A stretch of 64,000 nt of DNA, taken from Candidatus Latescibacterota bacterium. Lineage in GTDB: Bacteria > Latescibacterota > UBA2968. Within the stretch, counting starts at the first letter, position 1. The number at the start of each line of letters is the position of its first letter. Location: contig OZ244960.1 of the NCBI GenBank assembly GCA_965222605.1, positions 2,272,001 to 2,336,000 of the forward strand, written 5' to 3'. Shown here in pieces: positions 49,440-58,822 of this stretch. Below the pieces are notes generated by a model, which saw only the letters and a list, made by a program, of their open reading frames with translations, ran no database searches and had not been told where the DNA came from. The position numbers and the translations under genes were made by a program.

Positions 49440-50893
49440 AAGGAACGAAACCAAACATCTTATGGATCTGCACGGACCAGCAGCGATATGACACCATTGG
49501 TGCATTGGGCAACCCCCATGTAGATACCCCCAATATCGACCGGCTAATCGCCGAAGGATTTGCATTTACCCATGCGTATTGCCAGAGTCCGATTTGTACA
49601 CCGAGTCGGACGAGTTTTTTGACCGGACAATACGCCAGCGCCGTACATGTAAACGGCAATGGCAACTCGCATTTCCCAGACGCGCCGCCGCTGGTCACCA
49701 AAATGCTCGCAGACAATGGCTACGATTGCGGGCTAATTGGCAAATTGCACTTATCGAGCGCATTCGGGCGCATTGAAAAACGGGTAGATGACGGATATCG
49801 ATACTGGCAATACAGCCACGCGCCGCGGGACGATTGGGAAACCGGACACGATTATGCCGACTGGGTGCGATCAAAAGGCGAGATATTGGGCGAACTGACC
49901 AAAAGTCCCGATGGCGTACCTGCAGAATTGCACCAGACAACGTGGTGCGCGGAAAAAACCATCGAATTTTTGAGCGAACAGCGCGATGGACCCTGGTTGG
50001 CCTCTGTGAACATCTACGACCCGCATCCGCCATTTAACCCGCCCAAAACGTACCGCGATATGTTCGACCCCGAACAGGTAAATGGCCCGCTATTTCGAGA
50101 AAGCGACCTCGCGCAACAAGAAAAATTGGAAGCCATCGATTTTCAGTCCAAAGGGCGGCATCCCGACGCCCTGGATATCGGAAGCCCCGTGATTTCCAAG
50201 ACGCCGACGCGCGGACTGCGCGAGTCAGAGACAGCCGGAAAACGCGATGCAAAAACCCTGATCGCCGCCTATTATGCCATGATCAAATTGATCGACGATC
50301 AACTCGGGCGCATAATTACAGCACTGGAAAAAACCGGACAGCGCGACAACACATTGGTTATCTTCACCAGCGACCACGGAGAAACCCTGGGAGACCATGG
50401 ACTAATCCAAAAGGGATGCCGTTTTTACGAAGGACTGGTGCGCGTACCGCTAATTTTTTCCTGGCCGGGTCACGTAAAATCGGGACAAAAAAGCGATGCA
50501 CTCATCGAATTGCGCGACATTGCCCCCCTCTTATTGGAACTCGCTGGCATAGAAGTGCCCGAGCGAATGCAACCGCGCTCTTTATTGCCCATCCTCAGCG
50601 GCGATCACCCCCCCGACGAACACCGCGATTTTGTGCGCTGTGAATATTACGATGCACTCGATCAATCCGACGGTACTTTTGCCACAATGTATCGCAACCG
50701 GCGGTACAAACTCGTGGTCTATCACGGGCACGGCCTGGGCGAACTTTACGACTTACAGGAGGATGCAGAGGAATTTGACAATCTGTGGGACAGTCCCGAT
50801 CATGTAGATATAAAACTCGATTTGATGCAGCGCAGTTTTGATGCGTCAATGCTCGCAATGGATAGAGGTCCAGAACGCATTGGACCGATGTAA
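49436..50893 (+). CDS. Sulfatase
   Basis: KPNILWICTDQ, CTPSR, GKLH, SDHGE. Confidence 0.92.
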   Translation: MKGTKPNILWICTDQQRYDTIGALGNPHVDTPNIDRLIAEGFAFTHAYCQSPICTPSRTSFLTGQYASAVHVNGNGNSHFPDAPPLVTKMLADNGYDCGLIGKLHLSSAFGRIEKRVDDGYRYWQYSHAPRDDWETGHDYADWVRSKGEILGELTKSPDGVPAELHQTTWCAEKTIEFLSEQRDGPWLASVNIYDPHPPFNPPKTYRDMFDPEQVNGPLFRESDLAQQEKLEAIDFQSKGRHPDALDIGSPVISKTPTRGLRESETAGKRDAKTLIAAYYAMIKLIDDQLGRIITALEKTGQRDNTLVIFTSDHGETLGDHGLIQKGCRFYEGLVRVPLIFSWPGHVKSGQKSDALIELRDIAPLLLELAGIEVPERMQPRSLLPILSGDHPPDEHRDFVRCEYYDALDQSDGTFATMYRNRRYKLVVYHGHGLGELYDLQEDAEEFDNLWDSPDHVDIKLDLMQRSFDASMLAMDRGPERIGPM

Positions 50894-50928
50894 AAATACA
50901 GGTGAGATCATCGTCGCGGAGGTGTTAT

Positions 50929-51795
50929 ATGGCAAAAAAAGCAGTTCAAAAACCAAAAATTAAAATCATGGCAGCAGACTGGTCATTGAGAGATTACCCA
51001 TCTGCGAGAAACCCGTGGTCTATTCAGACCAAAGTGCGGAGAGTGAAAGAAGCGGGATTTCACGGCATGTCGTCTGGAGCCGACGCGGAGTTAGCCGCCG
51101 AACTGCACAACAATAAATTGGAAATGGTAGGCGGGGTAGATGTGGGCAGCAAGAAAGAAGCCGATGAAAAAATGAAAGCATTTGCCGATATAGGCGTGGT
51201 TCACATCAATGTGCAGCTATGCGATCACGATACGCGCACAAAAGATGCGGTAAAAGTCGCGCGAGCTGTCGTCAAAGCCGGCAAAAAGCACAGAGTCACA
51301 CCCGCAATCGAGATCCATCGCGACACATGTACAGAAACACCGGAAAAGGCTTATGCACTCGCCGATGCGTACAAAAAGAAATACAAAAAGAAACTGAGAA
51401 TGAACTTCGACCATTCGCACCCGGCAATCATCAAACAACTGCGTCCGAACGAATACTGGGAGCGATTGTCGGAGCGCATCGACCTCTTACAAATGCACGA
51501 ACTCATCCATTTTCGCCCCTTTACGGGCAGCCACTGTCAAACCCCGGTGACAAATGGCAAAGGGCGATTGGATCGCGATTTCAAAATCTGGTTGACGAAT
51601 TATCTCGAACCCGCCCTCGATGCGTGGTTACAGGGCGCGAAACCGGGCAAAACGCTCTATATTGTACCCGAACTGGGACCACAAGGCTCTGGATACGCGC
51701 TTGCCTGTTTCCCCGACATCTGGCAGGATGCCATTCGAGAAAAAAATGAGATCATAAAAGTCTGGCGCAGGCTGATGAGAAATTGGAATCAATAA
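50929..51795 (+). CDS. Xylose-isomerase-like TIM-barrel protein (sugar phosphate isomerase/epimerase)
   Basis: GFHGM, IEIHR, NFDHSH, VPELGP motifs. Confidence 0.7.
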   Translation: MAKKAVQKPKIKIMAADWSLRDYPSARNPWSIQTKVRRVKEAGFHGMSSGADAELAAELHNNKLEMVGGVDVGSKKEADEKMKAFADIGVVHINVQLCDHDTRTKDAVKVARAVVKAGKKHRVTPAIEIHRDTCTETPEKAYALADAYKKKYKKKLRMNFDHSHPAIIKQLRPNEYWERLSERIDLLQMHELIHFRPFTGSHCQTPVTNGKGRLDRDFKIWLTNYLEPALDAWLQGAKPGKTLYIVPELGPQGSGYALACFPDIWQDAIREKNEIIKVWRRLMRNWNQ

Positions 51796-51808
51796 ATGGA
51801 GATATAAT

Positions 51809-52588
51809 ATGTCAAATCGCGATGGGCAAATCTTGATCGGCTCCATATTGCTGGACCTCAATCGCTGGGGCAATCCCAAAACGCCATCTTATAAAGTAAG
51901 CGACTGGACTGACCGATTTCGGGAAGCCGGATTTGACGGGATGGAACTCTGGGAATATCACGCCACATTGTGTTCAGATGCCGAGCGCAAAAAATTGCTA
52001 TCCTCTAATTTTCCCGCAACGATCTACAATACCTATTGCGATTTTGATGATACCTCTGCCGATGCGCGACAACACGCGGCAGAAATGATCGGCCTATTCG
52101 GTTCAGCCGGTGTGAAATTCAACGTGGGCAAAGACCCTGTCCTGCGCGAAACCTATTTGAACAATTTGCGCGCCTGGCGCGAACAAGTCCCGCAAACCTG
52201 TACATTGCTCTGCGAATGTCACCCGGGCACAATAGTTGAAGACCCCGATGCAGCCAGGGCATTCTTTGACGACCTGGGCATTGATGGCTGGGAAATCATC
52301 GTACACTGTTTCATCCCCGAAATGGATGTCTTAAAGCGATGGTTTGACCTCTTTGGTCCCAAAGTCACGCACGCCCACACCCAATTGCGCGATGAAAACA
52401 GCAATGTCCATTTGCTTCACGACCATCCCAAACGCGCTCAAACGGCACTGGCACTAATGGCGGAATACAAATTCACCGGCTCCATAACCGTCGAATTTTC
52501 CAAAGGAACGCGCGAACCCGGCGAAAACATGGCCGACCTCTGGACAGCAGCAAGGGCCGACCTATCGTTCTTGCGAGCACATGTCTGA
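51809..52588 (+). CDS. Sugar phosphate isomerase/epimerase-like TIM-barrel protein
   Basis: AGFDGMELW, CECHPGT, THAH, FTGSITVEF. Confidence 0.7.
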   Translation: MSNRDGQILIGSILLDLNRWGNPKTPSYKVSDWTDRFREAGFDGMELWEYHATLCSDAERKKLLSSNFPATIYNTYCDFDDTSADARQHAAEMIGLFGSAGVKFNVGKDPVLRETYLNNLRAWREQVPQTCTLLCECHPGTIVEDPDAARAFFDDLGIDGWEIIVHCFIPEMDVLKRWFDLFGPKVTHAHTQLRDENSNVHLLHDHPKRAQTALALMAEYKFTGSITVEFSKGTREPGENMADLWTAARADLSFLRAHV

Positions 52589-52626
52589 TTTTTTAACGTA
52601 ATACCCAATCTCGAATGGAGTAATAA

Positions 52627-53910
52627 ATGGCGAGAAAAGTAACAATGGCATTGATTGGCGCCGGGATGTTTGGCGGCGATGTTCACGCCCGAGCGTTTGC
52701 AGATCTGCAACGCAACGGTATCAGTGGTCTGATGGGGCGAGTGGGACTCGACGCCTGGGCACGCGACCTTGCAGACATCGAATTTGATCTCGTTGCAGTA
52801 GCCACGCGCAGCGAAGCATCCGCCCAGCGCGCAAAAGCCAATTTTGAACAATGGACCGGACACGCGCCCAAACCCTACTGGGGCGAAACACCCTGGGAAG
52901 ACGTATTGCGCGACTTTCCAGACCTCGATGTCATGGCCGTCGCCACACCCGACAATCTACACACGCCCGTGGTACTGGCAGCATTGAACAACGGCACCCA
53001 TGTAATGACCGAGAAACCGATGTGCTTATCAATACATGAAGCCGATGAAATGATCGAACTCGCCAACAAAAAAGGACTGGTATGTGCGGTAGATATGCAC
53101 AAGCGCTACGACCCGGATCACATGCGCATCGAGCACGACATCGCCAATCGCATCGGCGATCCAATCTATGGACTGGCCATGTTGGAAGAACCGCTCGAAG
53201 TATCCACCAGCACATTTAAGTGGGCAGAAGAAAGCGACCCCTTTTCCTATGTGGGACCCCACTGGGTCGATCTGTTTTACAATTACTACCGCAGCAAACC
53301 CGTATCCCTCACAGCCGTAGGACAAAAAAAACGCCTGATACGCGATGGGATTGACGCCTATGATGCCGTCCAGGTACGCGTAGATTTTGACAATGGCATG
53401 AGCATCTATTTTCACAACAACTGGATCACGCCCGATGATTTTGAAGGCCCGGTCAATCAGGGACACGAAATTGTTGGCACCGACGGCAAAGTGGAATCCG
53501 ACCAGCAATATCGCGGATTTCGCTTTTGGTACGCGGGCGGCGGCAGCCAGAGTTCAAACAACCACTTTACGCGCAACGTCAGACGCCCCGACGACTCAGA
53601 AGTCTATGTGGGATACGGCGTAGATAGCATCACCGTAGCATTGGTCGCAATATGTCGCGTCGAATTCTTGGGCGAAACCCTATCGGATGTAAAAGAAATC
53701 TATCCCACGGCTGAAGACGGACGGATTACAACGGCGATAGTAGATGCTGCGCGCATCGTCCGCGATCGCAATTTTGAATACATGCGCGAAGGCAAAGGCG
53801 CCACAGTTACAGCACAATTCGGCGCAGATGGCATCGTCATCGTCGATCCCAATCGCGTATCTGACGGACCCGACGCTGTATTTGAAAAAATATACGATAA
53901 ACCGATTTGA
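52627..53910 (+). CDS. Gfo/Idh/MocA family oxidoreductase
   Basis: LIGAGMFGG, VATPDNLH, TEKP, HKRYDP. Confidence 0.88.
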   Translation: MARKVTMALIGAGMFGGDVHARAFADLQRNGISGLMGRVGLDAWARDLADIEFDLVAVATRSEASAQRAKANFEQWTGHAPKPYWGETPWEDVLRDFPDLDVMAVATPDNLHTPVVLAALNNGTHVMTEKPMCLSIHEADEMIELANKKGLVCAVDMHKRYDPDHMRIEHDIANRIGDPIYGLAMLEEPLEVSTSTFKWAEESDPFSYVGPHWVDLFYNYYRSKPVSLTAVGQKKRLIRDGIDAYDAVQVRVDFDNGMSIYFHNNWITPDDFEGPVNQGHEIVGTDGKVESDQQYRGFRFWYAGGGSQSSNNHFTRNVRRPDDSEVYVGYGVDSITVALVAICRVEFLGETLSDVKEIYPTAEDGRITTAIVDAARIVRDRNFEYMREGKGATVTAQFGADGIVIVDPNRVSDGPDAVFEKIYDKPI

Positions 53911-53950
53911 AGTAGGAAGTGGGAAGTGGGAAGTGGGAAGTGGGAAGTAG
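53909..53950 (+). repeat. Heptamer tandem repeat (GAAGTRG)x6
   Basis: GAAGTAG (GAAGTGG)x4 GAAGTAG directly at and after the oxidoreductase stop codon. Confidence 0.95.
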
Positions 53951-53983
53951 AAAATCCTGCAAATCTATGATCTAAGGTGAATC

Positions 53984-55351
53984 ATGGGAAAAGAATTTGA
54001 CATCACCCCTGTTAATGTACCAAAAGTCGATACAAAATATCGCCGCATTGTGACACCTGTGCCCCATCCAGACTCGGTGGCAACGCTAAAAACGTTACAC
54101 AGGGTGGAACCCATCTCCATGCGCGGACAACCGCCCATTGTATGGGACCGCGCAGAAGATTGTCAGGTTTACGACAAATACGGCAATATGTGGCTCGACT
54201 GGAGCTCGGGCGTACTCGTTACCAATGCCGGGCACGGCATGCCCGAAGTCCGACAAGCAATCATAGATCAAGTAAACAGCGGGCTATTGCACAATTACGT
54301 ATTTCCAAGCGAAGAGCGGGCGCAAGTCGTCGAGTTGCTGGCGGACCTGGCTCCCGATGGATTGGACAAAGTATTTCTGCTAACCACCGGATCTGAAAGC
54401 ACTGAAAACGCCTTGAAACTGGCGCGAACGCACGGCATTACAACAGGCGGAAAAAAGAAAATCGGCTTTGTGGGATTTGAACGCGGATTCCACGGGCGCA
54501 CAATGGGCGCACAGCAAGTCGGCGGAATGCCCGGGCAAAAAGACTGGATCGGAAACGAAGACCCCGCCATCGTACAAGTACCCTTTCCCGATGGATATTG
54601 GACGGAAAATGTGGATTTCGACTTTTTCTGCTCTACAATCAAAGACAAAGGACTAAATGCAGACGATGTATGCGGTGTAATGCTCGAAACATATCAGGGC
54701 GTAGGACCTGATTTCGCACCCGTGCCTTATGTACAGGCACTATCTGAATGGTGCAAAGCACACGGTGCCCTGTTGATCTTTGATGAAGTACAGGCGGGAT
54801 TTGGTCGCACCGGTAAAATGTGGGGGTTTGAGCATTACGGCGTAATCCCCGACCTGATCTGCTTTGGCAAAGGCGTGAGCAGCTCCTTGCCGCTATCGGG
54901 CGTAATCGGCAGAACCGAGGTCATGGACTTATATCCCCCCGGATCAATGACAAGCACCCACACGGGCAACCCCGTCTGTTGTGCAGCGGCGCTGGCCAGC
55001 CTAAAAAAAATAGTAGATGACGATCTCACCGGCAATGCAGCGCGACTCGAACCAGTATTAGCGAACGGAATCAAAAAAATTCAAGCCGCGCATCCCGATG
55101 TAGTCGGACACATAACCTGCAAAGGACTTGTAGGCGGCGTACAAATGGTAAAAGCGAATCAAAAAGAACCCGACCCGGACCTGGCGCACGAAATTGTACT
55201 GCGCTGTTTCCACAAAGGATTGCTATTCTTTGCCCCCGTGGGCGCGTGGGGACAAACCGTAAAAATTTCTCCGCCATTGACCATTGAACAAGACGCGCTT
55301 GAAGATGGCCTGCAAGTGCTTGCTGAAGTTGTGGGTGATATACAGGGGTAA
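53984..55351 (+). CDS. Class III PLP-dependent aminotransferase (GabT/ArgD-like)
   Basis: GSESTENALK, FHGRT, FDEVQAGFGRTG, FGKG. Confidence 0.92.
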   Translation: MGKEFDITPVNVPKVDTKYRRIVTPVPHPDSVATLKTLHRVEPISMRGQPPIVWDRAEDCQVYDKYGNMWLDWSSGVLVTNAGHGMPEVRQAIIDQVNSGLLHNYVFPSEERAQVVELLADLAPDGLDKVFLLTTGSESTENALKLARTHGITTGGKKKIGFVGFERGFHGRTMGAQQVGGMPGQKDWIGNEDPAIVQVPFPDGYWTENVDFDFFCSTIKDKGLNADDVCGVMLETYQGVGPDFAPVPYVQALSEWCKAHGALLIFDEVQAGFGRTGKMWGFEHYGVIPDLICFGKGVSSSLPLSGVIGRTEVMDLYPPGSMTSTHTGNPVCCAAALASLKKIVDDDLTGNAARLEPVLANGIKKIQAAHPDVVGHITCKGLVGGVQMVKANQKEPDPDLAHEIVLRCFHKGLLFFAPVGAWGQTVKISPPLTIEQDALEDGLQVLAEVVGDIQG

Positions 55352-55358
55352 AAAGTAT

Positions 55359-56525
55359 ATGGCAAACGAAAAACGCGGACGACTGCGCGAAATAGCGGCA
55401 TTATTCTTTAAACTCGGCGTAATTGGCTTTGGTGGTCCTGCAGCGCATATCGCCTTAATGGAAGACGAAGTAGTTGAAAAGCGCGCGTGGTTATCGCGCG
55501 AACGATTTTTAGATCTCGTCGGTGTAACCAGTATTATCCCCGGTCCAAACTCGACGGAAATGGCGATACACCTGGGATTCTTGCGCGGAGGCTGGCCCGG
55601 CCTATTGCTGGCTGGCGGATGTTTTATATTCCCTGCCGTTACATTGACAACAATCCTCGCCTGGGCCTACATGACTTACGGCGCCATCCCAGAGGTTGCC
55701 GATTTGCTCTACGGCATCAAACCAGCGGTACTCGCCGTCATTCTGGGTGCGCTGTGGCGATTGGGACAAAAAGCCGTAAAAGGGTGGCGATTGAGCTTTC
55801 TCGGCCTGGCTGTAATGCTCGTGTCCCTCACCCAATTTAGCGGCGTCCTCGCACTGATTGGCGGCGGAATCATCGGGATGTTCTGGCTGCGCATGACGCG
55901 ACCGAGAGACCGCGAACACATGGCTGTAATTGCGCCTATAGCAGGTACTGGATTGACAATGCTGGCAAGTCAAGGCGCAGTATCCGCAGGACCAACCCTG
56001 TGGGCACTGGGTCTGTTCTTTCTAAAAATTGGCGCGATCCTCTACGGCAGCGGATACTTACTCATTGCATTTCTCGAAGAAGAACTCGTGCTCAGATATG
56101 CCTGGCTAACGCAGGAGCAATTGCTGGAAGCCATTGCCATCGGCCAGTTTACACCTGGACCCGTATTATCGACCGCGGCCTTCATCGGTTATCTGGTCAC
56201 CGGTGGCAAACTATCGGGCGCACTCGTCGCTGCTGGCGCGATCTTCTTGCCCTCCTTTGTATTTGTCGCTGCTCTGAATCCCCTCTTGCCCCGGCTGCGA
56301 GAATCTCAATGGGTATCGTCTTTTCTCGACGCCGTAAACGTCTGTGCTGTGGGATTGATGGCCGCTGTGACAATAGAACTGGGCTATCTAACCCTGGATT
56401 CAGTGCCCAAAATGGCAATCGCAGGCATAGCGTCCATTCTGATATTGTGGCGCGGTGTCGGCGCAGTATGGCTGGTCGTTGGCGGAGCCGTTGTGGGCTG
56501 GCTGCTCCTCGCTGCGGGCTTTTAG
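55359..56525 (+). CDS. chrA: Chromate efflux transporter
   Basis: GFGGPAAHIA, PGPNSTE, GSGY, TPGPV repeated halves. Confidence 0.9.
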   Translation: MANEKRGRLREIAALFFKLGVIGFGGPAAHIALMEDEVVEKRAWLSRERFLDLVGVTSIIPGPNSTEMAIHLGFLRGGWPGLLLAGGCFIFPAVTLTTILAWAYMTYGAIPEVADLLYGIKPAVLAVILGALWRLGQKAVKGWRLSFLGLAVMLVSLTQFSGVLALIGGGIIGMFWLRMTRPRDREHMAVIAPIAGTGLTMLASQGAVSAGPTLWALGLFFLKIGAILYGSGYLLIAFLEEELVLRYAWLTQEQLLEAIAIGQFTPGPVLSTAAFIGYLVTGGKLSGALVAAGAIFLPSFVFVAALNPLLPRLRESQWVSSFLDAVNVCAVGLMAAVTIELGYLTLDSVPKMAIAGIASILILWRGVGAVWLVVGGAVVGWLLLAAGF

Positions 56526-56527
56526 GG

Positions 56528-57418
56528 ATGAATCAAGAATATCTCAAACCCGAAGTCGTCTCCCGACTCTCGCGTCTCGATCTGATCGCCCGCATGGTTG
56601 TTGAAGGATTTATCACTGGCCTGCATCAAAGCCCCTACCACGGGTTCTCCGTCGAATTTTCCGAATACCGACAATACATGCCGGGAGACTCACTGCGCGA
56701 TCTGGACTGGAAAGTATTTGGCAAAACCGACCGCCTCTACGTCAAACAATACGAAGAAGAAACCAACCTCAAAGCCCATCTCCTCATAGACGCCAGTGCC
56801 TCAATGGCATATCGTTCGGACTCAATCACCAAATTCCAATACGCATCTTATACCGCAGCCGCCCTATCCCATCTCATGTTGCGCCAGCGCGATGCCGTCG
56901 GCCTGATCGCCTTTGACGACCGCATTCGCACGTATTTGCCGCCCCGCTCAGTCACCAGTCATTTGCACACCCTGCTGACCACGCTTCAAAACACCAGTCC
57001 CGAAGGCACCGATACCGATCTGGCCGCTACCTTTCACGAACTGGCCGAACGCATTGTGCGCCGCGGCCTCGTCATCGTCATCTCCGATCTCTTCGACGAC
57101 CCAGACCGCCTGCTCAACGGCCTCAAACACTTTCGCCATCGCAACCACGAAGTAATCGTCTTCCATGTGCTGGACCCCCGCGAGCGCGACCTCGACTTTA
57201 ACCGTGAAATGCGCTTTGTCGATCTCGAATCCGGCACGCAAATCGCCACAGAACCCTGGCATCTCGCACCTGCGTACCGCGAACACATGGAGAGCCTCAT
57301 CGATCGCTTCCGCCGCGAATGCCGCGAAGCCCTCATCGACTACGTCCTCCTCGAAACCTCGGAACCCTTTGACACCGCCCTCTTCAACTACCTCGCAAAA
57401 CGCAAAAAATTGATGTGA
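56528..57418 (+). CDS. DUF58 domain protein
   Basis: GFSVEFSEYRQYMPGD, DWK, YVKQYEEETN, DASASM. Confidence 0.93.
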   Translation: MNQEYLKPEVVSRLSRLDLIARMVVEGFITGLHQSPYHGFSVEFSEYRQYMPGDSLRDLDWKVFGKTDRLYVKQYEEETNLKAHLLIDASASMAYRSDSITKFQYASYTAAALSHLMLRQRDAVGLIAFDDRIRTYLPPRSVTSHLHTLLTTLQNTSPEGTDTDLAATFHELAERIVRRGLVIVISDLFDDPDRLLNGLKHFRHRNHEVIVFHVLDPRERDLDFNREMRFVDLESGTQIATEPWHLAPAYREHMESLIDRFRRECREALIDYVLLETSEPFDTALFNYLAKRKKLM

Positions 57419-57426
57419 GAAGCAAA

Positions 57427-57459
57427 GAGGGGCTGGGGATTGGAGGCTGGGGACTGGTT
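57427..57459. repeat. G-rich degenerate heptamer repeat
   Basis: GAGGGGCTGGGGATTGGAGGCTGGGGACTGGTT; related inverted copy at about 34789-34808. Confidence 0.55.
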
Positions 57460-57494
57460 ATGACAAGCGAGCGGATTTTCGGAAAAATTTGACG

Positions 57495-58808
57495 CTATGG
57501 CGGGCAAACCTGCAAGTCGCTCTTGATGGTTAAGTTAGGGATTCTATCTACAACAAGCGGTATGCATCCGGTCAGTTTGTTGCCAATGAGAGTCAAGTGC
57601 GTCAAATTTTCAAGATTGCCCAATTCAGGTGGGATAGTACCACTCAACTGGTTATGATTGAGAAGCAAATGCGTCAGATTTCCAAGGCTGCCTAACTCAG
57701 TTGGAATGCCGCCGCTCAACTGGTTATGATTGAGGGACAATATTTTCAGTTTCGCAAGGCTACTCAGTTCAAGTGGAATGCTTCCAGTCAACAGGTTGTT
57801 ATTGAGGGTCAACATTGTCAGATTCGCAAGGTTCCCCAATTCGGATGGGATGCTACCGGACAACAGGTTGTGATTAAGAGTCAACATTGTCAGATTTGTA
57901 AGATTGCCTAACTCAGATGGGATATTCCCGGTCAACAGGTTGTCAGAGAGGGCCAATAGGGTCAGCTTGACAAGGCTGCTCAGTTCAGACGGGATACTGC
58001 CGATCAGTTGGTTGCTCTCAAGAACCAGTCCCTTCAGGTTAGCAAGACCACATAATTCAAGTGGTATGCCGCCGATTAACTGGTTATCAGAAAGGGCCAA
58101 TGCCGTCAGACTGGCGAGGCTACCCAACTCAGGTGGGATAGTACCACTCAACTGGTTATTATCGAGGAATAAATGCGTCAGATTTGCAAGACGACTCAGT
58201 TCAAGTGGTATCGTACCTGTCAACCGGTTGTTGGAGAGAATTAACCCCGTTAGCCTGGCAAGGCTACCCAACTCGGGTGGAATACTGCCGGTCAACTGGT
58301 TTTTCTGGAGGGCTAATCCCGTCAGGCTGGCAAGATTAGTAAGTTCAAGTGGGATAGTACCGGTCAACTGGTTGTTGGCGAGGGTCAGTTTCTTCAAATT
58401 TGCAAGGTTGCCCAACTCAGGCGGGATGTCGCCGGTCAACTGGTTGTTGTGAAGGAGCAACCTCTCCAGCCTGGTAAGATTGCCCAATTCAGGCGGAATG
58501 CTGCCGGTCAGACCCTTATCATTTAGCTCCAATGCCTGGATGCGTAACGGCGTACCTGCAACGATAACACCTTCCCATTGTGCAATATCAGTACTATCGC
58601 TCCAGTTTAGCGTCGCCTTACCAGTTAACGTGTCTCTAACGGCCAATAGCAGGGCACAATCCTTAACCAGATCCGGATTGCTCTGAGTATTCGGCACTGT
58701 GATATCAATGGCCTGAAGCGGTTGAATTAAAAGAACAAATAATGGGATTGTACAGGCTATGGCCTGTGCCAAACGGAGAAGCAAAGCAAAGGATAGAAAC
58801 TGGCACAT
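57495..58808 (-). CDS. Secreted leucine-rich-repeat protein with plant-receptor-type 24-aa LRRs
   Basis: About 14 repeats of LxxLxLxxNxLxGxIPxELxxLxx; N-cap LVKDC..LL...LNWS...WEGV. Confidence 0.92.
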   Translation of the reverse strand: MCQFLSFALLLRLAQAIACTIPLFVLLIQPLQAIDITVPNTQSNPDLVKDCALLLAVRDTLTGKATLNWSDSTDIAQWEGVIVAGTPLRIQALELNDKGLTGSIPPELGNLTRLERLLLHNNQLTGDIPPELGNLANLKKLTLANNQLTGTIPLELTNLASLTGLALQKNQLTGSIPPELGSLARLTGLILSNNRLTGTIPLELSRLANLTHLFLDNNQLSGTIPPELGSLASLTALALSDNQLIGGIPLELCGLANLKGLVLESNQLIGSIPSELSSLVKLTLLALSDNLLTGNIPSELGNLTNLTMLTLNHNLLSGSIPSELGNLANLTMLTLNNNLLTGSIPLELSSLAKLKILSLNHNQLSGGIPTELGSLGNLTHLLLNHNQLSGTIPPELGNLENLTHLTLIGNKLTGCIPLVVDRIPNLTIKSDLQVCPP

Positions 58809-58822
58809 GGTTTCTCTCCTCT

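Noticed and set aside
56000-56527. Long N-terminal extensions given by the ORF track (DUF58, LarA, MNT, ACP, chrA, lyase)
   Set aside because: They overlap upstream genes; downstream starts with better RBS or family N-termini were chosen instead
56528-57418. DUF58 gene lacking adjacent MoxR/vWA partners as evidence of an island-disrupted operon
   Set aside because: Split MoxR-DUF58-vWA arrangements are common; cannot be tested from this window
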